Shown piece after piece: positions 18,217 to 27,318 of a stretch of DNA of 64,000 nt. The first letter of the stretch is position 1. Every line of letters begins with the position of its first letter. Both the position numbers and the translations under genes were made by a program. Source of the DNA: Nitrosopumilaceae archaeon (lineage in GTDB: Archaea; Thermoproteota; Nitrososphaeria; Nitrososphaerales; Nitrosopumilaceae); the NCBI GenBank assembly GCA_052389415.1, contig JBQTHX010000034.1, forward strand, positions 13,904 to 77,903, read 5' to 3'. The notes beneath the pieces were generated by a model. The model saw only the letters and a list, made by a program, of their open reading frames with translations. It searched no databases and had not been told where the DNA came from.

Positions 18217-19371
18217 TTATACACTTTTGAAGATATGTACTGCACAGCTTGCGCCTGTTGCCCCGAAGTTGTGGGTTAGACCAATTTTTGCGTCTTTTAC
18301 TGTTCTTTCGCCGGCCTTTCCAGTCAGCTGATCAAACACTTCAACGACCTGACCAATTCCAGTTGCGCCAATTGGATGTCCTTTTGATTTTAGTCCTCCA
18401 GATGGATTAATAGATATTTCACCGTTTAATTTTGTCATTCCTTGTCGCACTGCTTCAACTGCTTTTCCTTTTTCAAAAAATCCCAAGTCTTCAGTATCAA
18501 CTAGTTCAGCAATTGTAAAGCAGTCGTGTACTTCTGCAAAGTCAACATCTTTTGGTGTAATTCCTGCCATTTTGTATGCAGCCTGTGCTGCAATCTTTGT
18601 GCTTGGTATAGTGGTAATATGCTCACGTCCTTGCAGTGCAGCAGGTGATCCACCCCTGCCTGATCCAATCACTTGAATGTAATTTTTTGAATGTTCTTTT
18701 GCAAATTTTTCACTACACAAGATTACTGCACTTGCACCATCAGAGAAGGGACAACAATCATATAATTTAAGCGGACTAGCGACAACTGCAGATTTCATAA
18801 CATCATCAACCGTTATTTTTTTTCTTAAATGTGCTTTTGGATTAGCAAAACCATTTTCATGATTTTTTACTGCAACCATTGCAAGGTCTTCTTCAGTTGC
18901 TTTAAATTCTGCAAGATAAGCTCTGGCCATTGATGCAAATAATCCTGGAAATGATGCACCGGCTCCTCCTTCATAAAAAAAATCAGAACAATAAGAAAAA
19001 TATGTTGTAGTCCATTCTGTTCCAGTATGAGTTACCTTTTCAACACCTGTAGCTAAAACTGCGTCATAAAATCCAGCAGCCACATTAGCATAGGCTTCTC
19101 TGAATGAAACAGAACCACTTCCACAAGCAGATTCAATTGATAATGATGGCACCTCAGAAATTCCAAGGTTGCTCATTATAACAGGGCCCAAGTGAACTTG
19201 TTTGTCTGCGATACCAAAAACGTTTGAAATGTATCCTGCTTGAAGTTCCTTTGGTTCAATACCAGCGCTCTCAATAGCTTCGACAGATGCCTGAACGGCA
19301 ATGTCTGTAATACTATCTTGTAATTTTCCATACTTCGTGCTTCCTGCACCAATAACGCAGACCTTTTCCAC
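18217..19371 (-). CDS. Acetyl-CoA C-acetyltransferase (archaeal thiolase)
   Basis: ESACGSG, EVHDCF, KGHPIGATG and HNFG motifs. Confidence 0.92.
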   Translation of the reverse strand: MEKVCVIGAGSTKYGKLQDSITDIAVQASVEAIESAGIEPKELQAGYISNVFGIADKQVHLGPVIMSNLGISEVPSLSIESACGSGSVSFREAYANVAAGFYDAVLATGVEKVTHTGTEWTTTYFSYCSDFFYEGGAGASFPGLFASMARAYLAEFKATEEDLAMVAVKNHENGFANPKAHLRKKITVDDVMKSAVVASPLKLYDCCPFSDGASAVILCSEKFAKEHSKNYIQVIGSGRGGSPAALQGREHITTIPSTKIAAQAAYKMAGITPKDVDFAEVHDCFTIAELVDTEDLGFFEKGKAVEAVRQGMTKLNGEISINPSGGLKSKGHPIGATGIGQVVEVFDQLTGKAGERTVKDAKIGLTHNFGATGASCAVHIFKSV

Positions 19372-19444
19372 AAATCTCGCTGACTATATTCCCTATAAAA
19401 ATTCTTCATTAATCTCCAACTATAGGAAAGATGATTTGAATACT

Positions 19445-19903
19445 ATGACATTAAATGTTAAGAAACCTTTTGTTATAAAAGATGAAATTTTGATTTCACG
19501 AAACATGGTAAAAATTTCAAAAAGAAAAATTACTAAAATGAAAAATGAAATTATACAATATTATGATAAAAATGGATTTCTTTCGTGGTCTGAAAAAAAA
19601 AGAAAATATGTAATTCTTGGAACAAATTATCCTAAAAATGGTTTAGTAGAATGTCCAGAGTGCCATATTGGAAAATTAATGTTGATTCGATCTAGAAAAA
19701 CAAAAAAAAGATTCATTGGATGCTCAAATTATTATAATGGCTGTAAAGCATCGTCTCCTTTAATACAAAGAGGTATGATCTGCACAACAAAAATTCCATG
19801 CCATGTGTGTTCATGGCCAATGATTCTTTTTAGATACTCAAAAAAACAAAAGTGGTCAAGACAATGTTGTAACATTATATGTAAAAGCAGAATCAAAAAT
19901 TAA
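19445..19903 (+). CDS. Stand-alone topoisomerase-I-type C4 zinc-ribbon protein
   Basis: CPEC..RFIGCSNYYNGC and CHVC..QCCNIIC; start 19445 or 19505. Confidence 0.75.
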   Translation: MTLNVKKPFVIKDEILISRNMVKISKRKITKMKNEIIQYYDKNGFLSWSEKKRKYVILGTNYPKNGLVECPECHIGKLMLIRSRKTKKRFIGCSNYYNGCKASSPLIQRGMICTTKIPCHVCSWPMILFRYSKKQKWSRQCCNIICKSRIKN

Positions 19904-20702
19904 ATTTTGAATAGATATCAGTTCTTCTATTTTTTAAAAGTGGGAGTTTTTTTCTCACTTGCTTTATTCGCTCTAATGAAACATCTGCAATTCCAATCCC
20001 TTCTTTCTTTTTCATATCTAGCAAAATTTTTCCAAATGGATCAACGACTAGACTTCTTCCGCAATAAATATTTCCCACTTGATCTGGTGCAATAACATAA
20101 CAACCATTTTCAATTGCTCGTGCTTTGTTAATCGTTACCCAGTGTTCTTCTTTCATCTCACCTTTTACCCACGCTGATGGGACTATCAAAAATTCTGAAC
20201 CTGTTGATGCTAATGTTCTTGATATCTCAGGAAATCTCAGATCATAGCAAATCATCATTCCTATAGTACCTAATCTTGTTTTGATTGGCTTAGAAATTCT
20301 AGAACCAGGATACAATTTTTTTGATTCTTTCATCCCTAGTGCATCATAAAGATGAATCTTCCGATATGTAGATACTATTTTACCTCTTTCATCGATAAGA
20401 AAAGAAGTATCATACACTCTATTTGGCATTGGACTTTTTTCATAAATCGTTCCGACAACTTGAATTGAATTTTGTTTTGCACTTTTTGCAATAGTAGAAA
20501 CAAAAATTCCAGAAATTTTTTCAGCTAGATTTACTAATTGGTTTGATGATTGCGAAGAAGGAGTATAAAACATCATGAATTCAGGAAAAGCACACAATTT
20601 TGCACCTCTTTTCGCGGCTTTGTTTATGTAATTAGTTATTTTTTTTAGGTTTGTATGTTTGTCACGATCAGCTTTGAATTGCACTACAGCAATTTTTGTC
20701 AT
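19893..20702 (-). CDS. Carbon-nitrogen hydrolase (Nit1/YbeM-like)
   Basis: FPE, YRKIHLYD, ICYDLRFPE and ARAIENG motifs. Confidence 0.9.
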   Translation of the reverse strand: MTKIAVVQFKADRDKHTNLKKITNYINKAAKRGAKLCAFPEFMMFYTPSSQSSNQLVNLAEKISGIFVSTIAKSAKQNSIQVVGTIYEKSPMPNRVYDTSFLIDERGKIVSTYRKIHLYDALGMKESKKLYPGSRISKPIKTRLGTIGMMICYDLRFPEISRTLASTGSEFLIVPSAWVKGEMKEEHWVTINKARAIENGCYVIAPDQVGNIYCGRSLVVDPFGKILLDMKKKEGIGIADVSLERIKQVRKKLPLLKNRRTDIYSKFNF

Positions 20703-20737
20703 GAATCATCTAAATTGATTTAAAATAAAAAGGTAGT

Positions 20738-20914
20738 TTAAAGAGGATTTCCAGCCATGTACCAATTTTCTTTTGGATTTTCCTCAAAGACTACTATCAC
20801 ATGATTTTCTTTTGTTTTCAGGATTTCCACAGCAGATTTTGTAATTGCTTTTGCAAAATCTTCTTTTTGTTTTTCAGTTCTGCCAGGATACATAGAGATT
20901 GTTATCAGTGGCAT
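20738..20914 (-). CDS. 4-oxalocrotonate tautomerase family protein, 58 aa (not in ORF track)
   Basis: Manual translation MPLITISMYPGRTEKQKEDFAKAITKS..VIVVFEENPKENWYMAG; catalytic Pro1. Confidence 0.9.
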   Translation of the reverse strand: MPLITISMYPGRTEKQKEDFAKAITKSAVEILKTKENHVIVVFEENPKENWYMAGNPL

Positions 20915-20982
20915 GATTAGAGATATTTAATGATGAATTTATTCTTTTGAAAAATAAATAATTATGAAATAAATTAACTCTT

Positions 20983-21714
20983 TTAATTTCCTTTCCAACC
21001 ATATCTGGTGCCATAAGTGAACTCAGATCGATGTGTTTTTTTGTAGATATATCCAGTTATGAGACCTATTAGGAAACCACCTATATGTGCTAAAAATGCC
21101 ACATTTGAGCCACCAATTGAACTTAAGAAGAGCGGCAATACGTTCTGAAATATGAACCAAAAAGGGAGATACCATTTTGCAGATATGTGCAACATTCTCA
21201 TAAAGAACCCAAAGAACATGAAAGTCGTGATTTTTGCATTGGGATATAATGCAAGATATGCGCCTAGAACTCCTGAAATTGCACCGGATGCACCAATAGC
21301 TGGAATGGGGCTTGATGTATCCCATGCAATATGTGCAAACCCAGCAACAAGTCCCCAGAAGAGATACAAAATAAGATACTTTCCTCTACCAAATCTATAC
21401 TCAATATTATCTCCAAAGATGTACAGGAATAGCATGTTGCCCCCGAGATGCATTATTCCTGCATGAAGAAACATGGAGCTGAAAAGCGGTGCAATAACTC
21501 CGTAATTTCTTTTATCAAATCCTTCCACGATATCAGCAGGAACAGTTCCATATTGATGAAACAAAACTGCAGCTCTTTCATTTGAAAATTCAAAGATTTG
21601 TCCAGTGGATGCTACTTCCCATAAAAATATTATCGCGTTTATTGCGATTAATGCATAAGTAAGTTTTGGTCTATAACCTGCTGGCTTTGGATTTTCATCA
21701 CGAATTGGAATCAA
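20983..21714 (-). CDS. Rhomboid intramembrane serine protease
   Basis: HLGGNM, GASGAISG and AHIGG motifs. Confidence 0.92.
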   Translation of the reverse strand: MIPIRDENPKPAGYRPKLTYALIAINAIIFLWEVASTGQIFEFSNERAAVLFHQYGTVPADIVEGFDKRNYGVIAPLFSSMFLHAGIMHLGGNMLFLYIFGDNIEYRFGRGKYLILYLFWGLVAGFAHIAWDTSSPIPAIGASGAISGVLGAYLALYPNAKITTFMFFGFFMRMLHISAKWYLPFWFIFQNVLPLFLSSIGGSNVAFLAHIGGFLIGLITGYIYKKTHRSEFTYGTRYGWKGN

Positions 21715-21763
21715 TTATAGATGAATTCAGTTAGTTTGTATAATAATATTTGTTGAATTTAAG

Positions 21764-23407
21764 CTAGACAGAGATTATTCCTTGTTTTATCATGTATTGA
21801 ATTCCCGATGCAAAGTCTTTGTCTCCAATTGAACCTTCTGCCCACCACTTTGCATTATTTCTGACCCAATCTGGAATCTTGATGTTTTGATTTGCTCCAC
21901 CATTTTCTGATACAGGTATTACAATTATTCCTTGTTTTATCATGTATTGAATTCCCGATGCAAAGTCTTTGTCTCCAATTGAACCTTCTGCCCACCACTT
22001 TGCATTATTTCTGACCCAATCTGGAATTTTTATTATATCTGTAGGTATACTTGCTACAGTTGATGGAATAATAACATGACCTCTAGCAATACCCAATCGG
22101 CTAGATTCAGTCTTTCCACCTATTGTGATTGATTTGATATCAATTTCCAAAGTGTATACACCGTTGTCTTCAAATGTGAACGATTGTATGCCTACAGCGC
22201 CTTTAGCATCAAGATCTGCTTTAGAAAATACAGGAGTTCCATTTTTATCCAGTATCTTTAGATCATATTTTACATCTCCTCCCACTTTATTACCTGAGAA
22301 TGCATCAAAGAAAGTCACTTTGAGTTCAGTCTTTGCATTTGGTTTAAGATCAGCCGGTGACCAATCTAGTTCTGCCCTGAATCCTCCAAAATCAGTTAGA
22401 ATTTCAGTCGAGGTTTGAGCATCTGCAATTCCTGGGGATAGGGTGAAATCCATTGTTTTTGTAGTAGACGGTATTTTTTTTGACATCTCCAAAATGTCGT
22501 TTTTGTTTATTAAATAATGAAGTATCAATTCGTCTTCTTTCGAATAAGGATCTATAGCAAGCATCCTTCCAACCAGAGGTATTCCATTTACTTTAGCAGA
22601 AAACGAGGCATTATCTGCAAATTCCTTAAACGATTTTGGGATCTGGATCTCTTCATGAACAAATATGTTCTGACCTTCTAGTCTTGATACGTCCCAATCA
22701 AATGGCATAGAAAATGAGATGAGTTTTTTTGATTCATCAAATTTGAAATCTTTGATTCTATCGTAGTAAGAAACGATTGTGGTATCATAAGATTTTGTTT
22801 GATAAGTAATCGATTTTTTGAAAACATCTCCAACACTTAGATATGAGTTAAAGGTTGGTTCTTCGCCTTGAATGAAGATATTTTTGGCTGCATCGATTCC
22901 AATGAATTTGATTTCGAAATGATATAGTCCTCCTTCTAAAAATACTGGAGCGTCTACCCGGACTTGATCATTAGCTGCAGTCCATCCACCCAGAGTGGGT
23001 TCAATATCACCATAAGCCTGCCACTTTCCCGGTGTATCAGTTGGTTTGAATTTGATTGTTAAAATTCCTGACTTTGTATAGAACAGTTCTCTCATGAGAA
23101 GTTGACCTTCCTTTTCTATTTTAACAAAAAATGAATCAGATGTTATTGTTTGATTGTTGTTAGCATCGAATAATCTTAGTTTCAGAAAAGTATCCTGTGT
23201 CGTATCAGAAGTAAGAATAGGAGGACTTACCTGAATGAAAAGACTCGCTTGTCTATCACCCACGCTTGCTGGTGGCAAGTTTTCCATAGTAAGACCATCA
23301 CCATATGCTTCAAAATTTGTTAGAAAAAATCCAATCGATATTAGTGTAAAAGTACACATTATTGAAAGACAATAATTATGAAGAATCTGCATATATGATG
23401 AAAACAC
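21764..23407 (-). CDS. Secreted surface protein with two identical C-terminal IPDW domains
   Basis: Signal/TM; paralogous to 33117-34484 (GGLYH, MPFDW, VHEE, VNGI); tandem IPDWVRNNAKWWAEG repeats. Confidence 0.75.
   Translation of the reverse strand: MFSSYMQILHNYCLSIMCTFTLISIGFFLTNFEAYGDGLTMENLPPASVGDRQASLFIQVSPPILTSDTTQDTFLKLRLFDANNNQTITSDSFFVKIEKEGQLLMRELFYTKSGILTIKFKPTDTPGKWQAYGDIEPTLGGWTAANDQVRVDAPVFLEGGLYHFEIKFIGIDAAKNIFIQGEEPTFNSYLSVGDVFKKSITYQTKSYDTTIVSYYDRIKDFKFDESKKLISFSMPFDWDVSRLEGQNIFVHEEIQIPKSFKEFADNASFSAKVNGIPLVGRMLAIDPYSKEDELILHYLINKNDILEMSKKIPSTTKTMDFTLSPGIADAQTSTEILTDFGGFRAELDWSPADLKPNAKTELKVTFFDAFSGNKVGGDVKYDLKILDKNGTPVFSKADLDAKGAVGIQSFTFEDNGVYTLEIDIKSITIGGKTESSRLGIARGHVIIPSTVASIPTDIIKIPDWVRNNAKWWAEGSIGDKDFASGIQYMIKQGIIVIPVSENGGANQNIKIPDWVRNNAKWWAEGSIGDKDFASGIQYMIKQGIISV
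21774..22027. repeat. Perfect 104-bp direct repeat, two copies, 150-bp period
   Basis: 21774-21877 is identical to 21924-22027. Confidence 0.95.
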
Positions 23408-23459
23408 TTGGAGGATTCTATTTAATTCTTAGTTAGATTCCTACTAATGATATAAATGA

Positions 23460-24620
23460 TTGAGGATTACAGGCATGAATGAGAAAATGATAAAGTGGAA
23501 AAAGATTTTTTCTTTTTTAGTTATTTGTACAGTTGGTCTTGTTTCTTATTTTTTACTCAATTTTGAATCTAATAATGACCACAATTTTGCTTTTGCGCAA
23601 AATTCCTCAATTGCAATTATTACGATAGCAGATGATGATAGATTACTTTCAGGTGCGGAATATTCTATCACACCGGACCCGTTCAAGATGACTGGAACTT
23701 TGTTCATTAAAGATAATTCATTATTAGATTCTGAAAAAGAAATTGATGGAGTTATCTCATTATCTAGTGTAAAGAATGGAAACTATATCATCAAACAGAC
23801 GGGAGCACCTTCTGGATATATTTTATACAAAATTTCAAAAACAATCGGAATAGAAAATTCTTCAACTTCTGTAACTTTTACCAACAATCCTGAAACTAGT
23901 TTAGTTGAAAAAAATTCTATTCAAAATATTACATATACAGCAAAATTTGTTTGCGGATCAGTCTTTGGAGATGAAGGACCATTGAGGCCTGGTCATTATG
24001 ATACAGACATCAGTATTTTTAATAAACAGAATTTTCCAATTAAATTATTATGGAACGTTGTGGTAAATGATGGTCCAATCTCAAATGCAATAATAAAAAA
24101 TTTAGAAAGTGAAACAGCTACCGGAATTTTTTGTAAACAAGTAAGAGAATTACTTGGTCTTGGAAATAACAGCGAGAAACTGACAGAAGGTTTTGTAGTA
24201 GTGAGAATTCAGTTAGATTCCATACTTGAAACTGCAGAAAGTAAGATTCTAAGAAATATTTCTGAAGGTGAGATCAATTTGCTTGATGTTCAGGTATTTT
24301 ACACAGCAAATGCTCTTCCTACTTTACCACATGAGGTGATTGTAGACAAAATTTCATTTTATATTATCCAAGATAAGAGTGGAAAGATCCCAAGTGAAGT
24401 AATACGTAAACCACTTGATGTATCCATACCATCTCAACTCAATGAGATATCAAACACTGAATCCAGAATCAAGAACATTTTGGCAGAGAAGTATGATCTT
24501 TCCTTAGAAGATATGGAAAAAATCATTCTTAGAATAAGACATGTATCAGTAGGAGTAGGTAGTTTAATAGACGATCATGCAATATCATTACATGTTGTGG
24601 AACCTCAAGCAAGTTCATGA
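23460..24620 (+). CDS. Exported protein with SpaA/CnaB-like domain plus unknown domain
   Basis: N-terminal TM; LSGAEYSI..DGVISLSSVKNGNYIIKQTGAPSGY; YTAKFVCG domain. Confidence 0.6.
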   Translation: MRITGMNEKMIKWKKIFSFLVICTVGLVSYFLLNFESNNDHNFAFAQNSSIAIITIADDDRLLSGAEYSITPDPFKMTGTLFIKDNSLLDSEKEIDGVISLSSVKNGNYIIKQTGAPSGYILYKISKTIGIENSSTSVTFTNNPETSLVEKNSIQNITYTAKFVCGSVFGDEGPLRPGHYDTDISIFNKQNFPIKLLWNVVVNDGPISNAIIKNLESETATGIFCKQVRELLGLGNNSEKLTEGFVVVRIQLDSILETAESKILRNISEGEINLLDVQVFYTANALPTLPHEVIVDKISFYIIQDKSGKIPSEVIRKPLDVSIPSQLNEISNTESRIKNILAEKYDLSLEDMEKIILRIRHVSVGVGSLIDDHAISLHVVEPQASS

Positions 24621-24690
24621 TTCTATTTTTTATTTATTTTAGATATGAAGATAAGAAAAATTCTTATCCATAATTAGGAGTAGTAGAGTA

Positions 24691-25674
24691 TTGAGAATTC
24701 TTTTAACGCTAGGTTTACTATCCTTTTTAATATTTCCTGTTTATGCTCAAGAACAATCTGAACAACTTGTTGTTTTGACTGACAAAGGTACTTTACTAGT
24801 AGGACTGTCCACAATTCCTGCACAGCCACAACCAGATGAACTGGCCAAGATAAAAATCGATTTTATTAATAAAGATACAAACACAAACCAACAACATATA
24901 GATTATTCAGTAGAAGTTACCAAAGGTGACATCCAAGTATTTGGAATTCCGTTAACACATACAGCTGAAGGCTCAGCTACGATCCCTTATGAATTTCAAG
25001 AAAGTGGAACATACCAGATCTCCGTTGATGTTCATTTGATCTTGTTTCAACCAATTCCTAAAGAAACAGCTTCATTTGCAATTATAGTTGGAAATGATTC
25101 ACAGCCAAATGGATGTTTAATTGCTACTGCAGCATATGGTTCTGAATTATCTCTCCAGGTGCAATTTCTTAGAGAGTTCAGAGATACGACTGTAATGTCA
25201 ACTTCAGTTGGTTCAAGTTTTATCAATGCATTCAATGCTGTTTACTATTCTTTCAGTCCTACTATAGCAGATATAGAAAGGAATAATCCAATTTTACAAG
25301 AGTTTTTCAAGACTAGTATTACACCGCTCCTAGGAATTTTATACGTTGCAAAACTTTCTGGCATAGGAGGTGATACAGTTGCTGTGCTGACTTCAGGAAT
25401 GATGGCATCATCTCTCATTGGTGCTGTGTATCTTTGGCCAATAGGACTTTTAACAAAATCTTCAAGAGAAGTGAGTCGATCTAAAATCATTATTGCGATT
25501 ACAGCGATTTCTATTATGCTAATAATAACAATAATTTCAAGCTTAATGGAAAATGAACAATTGATGATGGTTTCAACATCGGGATTAGTTTTGTCTATTG
25601 TAGGAACAGGTGCGATGTTATCTTCAGCGGCGATTTGGAAATTAGTACAGAAAATCAAGATCACCTTTTTATAA
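24691..25674 (+). CDS. CFI-box-CTERM surface protein
   Basis: Signal peptide; GCLIATAAYGSEL..VQFLREFRD..YYSFSP; C-terminal TMs. Confidence 0.82.
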   Translation: MRILLTLGLLSFLIFPVYAQEQSEQLVVLTDKGTLLVGLSTIPAQPQPDELAKIKIDFINKDTNTNQQHIDYSVEVTKGDIQVFGIPLTHTAEGSATIPYEFQESGTYQISVDVHLILFQPIPKETASFAIIVGNDSQPNGCLIATAAYGSELSLQVQFLREFRDTTVMSTSVGSSFINAFNAVYYSFSPTIADIERNNPILQEFFKTSITPLLGILYVAKLSGIGGDTVAVLTSGMMASSLIGAVYLWPIGLLTKSSREVSRSKIIIAITAISIMLIITIISSLMENEQLMMVSTSGLVLSIVGTGAMLSSAAIWKLVQKIKITFL

Positions 25675-25696
25675 GCCTGTTCCAAATATCCACAAC

Positions 25697-26572
25697 ATGA
25701 AGTCAAAATCACTAGGTTCATTCTTTGTTGTTTTGACCCTTGTAGCTGCAATTGTTGCATTTACACCAAGTGCCTTTGCTGATCATGCAAAAGTTGATGT
25801 AAGCATACCAGCAGGATCAGCAACACTAGGTTGTGAAGAGACAGACTCTTGTTACGAACCAAATGAAGCAATAATAGATGTAGGTGGTGAAGTCACATGG
25901 AAAAATGATGACACTGCTGCACACACGGTAACAAGTGGAGATCTTGAAAATGATCCTGTCAATGTAGGAACTAAATTCGACAGTAGTTTGTTTGGTCCTG
26001 GAAAAACATGGTCCAAAAAATTTGAAGATGCTGGGACATTTCCTTACTTCTGTCAAGTTCATCCATGGATGACAGGAATTGTAACTGTACAAGCTGAAAC
26101 AATGGAAGATGAAGAACCTCATGAGGATGAAATGACTTATGCAAATGCAATGTCAACTGACGGCTCAGTGAATATAGAAATTGAATCTAGTATCCCAGCT
26201 GCGGATGAAGAAATGTCAATACATGTTACCTTTACAGATGCTGATGGAAACACGATCCAGCATGTGAACTATGACATAAGTGCAATGCAAGATGGAACAG
26301 AGGTCCTTTCAGAAAATGGTGCACATGAACATGAAGGTGAAGGTATGCATACAACTAATGCGTTATCCTCTGATGGCGCAGTTGATATTAAAGTAACAAT
26401 TCTTGGAATAGGACTTCCTGATGATGAAGCAAATTGGACTGGTCCACAAGGTGAGGCAGTTTCATTGCAAGTAGTTCCAGAATTCGGTACAATTGCGGCA
26501 TTAGTACTTGCGATAAGTATAGTTAGCATCCTAGCAGTAACTGCAAAAAGTAGAGTTATTCCAAAACTCTAA
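25697..26572 (+). CDS. Blue-copper (plastocyanin-like) protein with PEFG-CTERM anchor
   Basis: AHTVTSG and YFCQVHPWM type-1 Cu ligands; VVPEFG + TM + basic tail; TTTATAA about 23 nt upstream. Confidence 0.92.
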   Translation: MKSKSLGSFFVVLTLVAAIVAFTPSAFADHAKVDVSIPAGSATLGCEETDSCYEPNEAIIDVGGEVTWKNDDTAAHTVTSGDLENDPVNVGTKFDSSLFGPGKTWSKKFEDAGTFPYFCQVHPWMTGIVTVQAETMEDEEPHEDEMTYANAMSTDGSVNIEIESSIPAADEEMSIHVTFTDADGNTIQHVNYDISAMQDGTEVLSENGAHEHEGEGMHTTNALSSDGAVDIKVTILGIGLPDDEANWTGPQGEAVSLQVVPEFGTIAALVLAISIVSILAVTAKSRVIPKL

Positions 26573-26576
26573 ACCT

Positions 26577-27218
26577 TTATTTTCTTTTTATCATAGCAAC
26601 TATCGCTAAGATTACTCCAGCTGCTCCAAGAGAAAGCCCAAATATTCCAAAGTTATAGGCCGTTTCTGAGCTTACGTTGCTTGAAGTTTTTTCTAATTCA
26701 CCAATCTTTGATTTGAGCAAAGTAATTTCCTTTTGCAATCCAGACATAGAATTTTTCAGTGATACTACATCTTGATCAGATGAGCCAGAAGTATCAGGAA
26801 ATGAAAGTGATGATTTGTCTTCCACATCCTCAATAGTAACTTCAGAGCTTATTGGAATTCCATTAATATCCCCCTTTAACACTATAACAAGACTACCAGT
26901 TCTAGAAGGGATTATTTTTGAACTATAATGACCAGCCTCTGGATCGGAATCAATATCAAGGGTTTTGTCCAACCCACCAGATTTTATTGTCGCTACCAAA
27001 TTCCTGAAGGCATTTTTTATGCCACTTTGTCCATCTGGTGTATTCTCATTAATTTCAAAAGTTATTGCGTTCATAAACCCAACAAGTGGTGGTTCATCTC
27101 GCCAACCTATCTCAATTTCAAAATTTTCTACTGCTATAGTTTTGTGTGCAGAAGCTGATGATAACCCACTAACAAGTAATAATGATGAAATCAAAATGAA
27201 TGAAGAAATTCTATTCAT
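26577..27218 (-). CDS. Exported, C-terminally anchored protein, possibly metal-binding
   Basis: Signal ending ASA|H, IGWRDEPP, coiled coil, C-terminal TM + KRK. Confidence 0.7.
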   Translation of the reverse strand: MNRISSFILISSLLLVSGLSSASAHKTIAVENFEIEIGWRDEPPLVGFMNAITFEINENTPDGQSGIKNAFRNLVATIKSGGLDKTLDIDSDPEAGHYSSKIIPSRTGSLVIVLKGDINGIPISSEVTIEDVEDKSSLSFPDTSGSSDQDVVSLKNSMSGLQKEITLLKSKIGELEKTSSNVSSETAYNFGIFGLSLGAAGVILAIVAMIKRK

Positions 27219-27318
27219 AAAATACGTCTAACTGTTACGTGTTATTATCTTTGCTTAATTCTGGTACATACATAAAAGTAATCAATTGTTTAAATTATCA
27301 TAAGAAGATATTGCAACT

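Noticed and set aside
20983-21714. Rhomboid as a rhombosortase for the adjacent surface proteins
   Set aside because: No GlyGly-CTERM substrates; PEFG-CTERM is associated with archaeosortase, so adjacency alone is insufficient
21774-22027. DGR template/variable repeat pair or CRISPR
   Set aside because: Copies are identical with no adenine-specific changes, both are in-frame in one gene, and no reverse transcriptase or spacers are present
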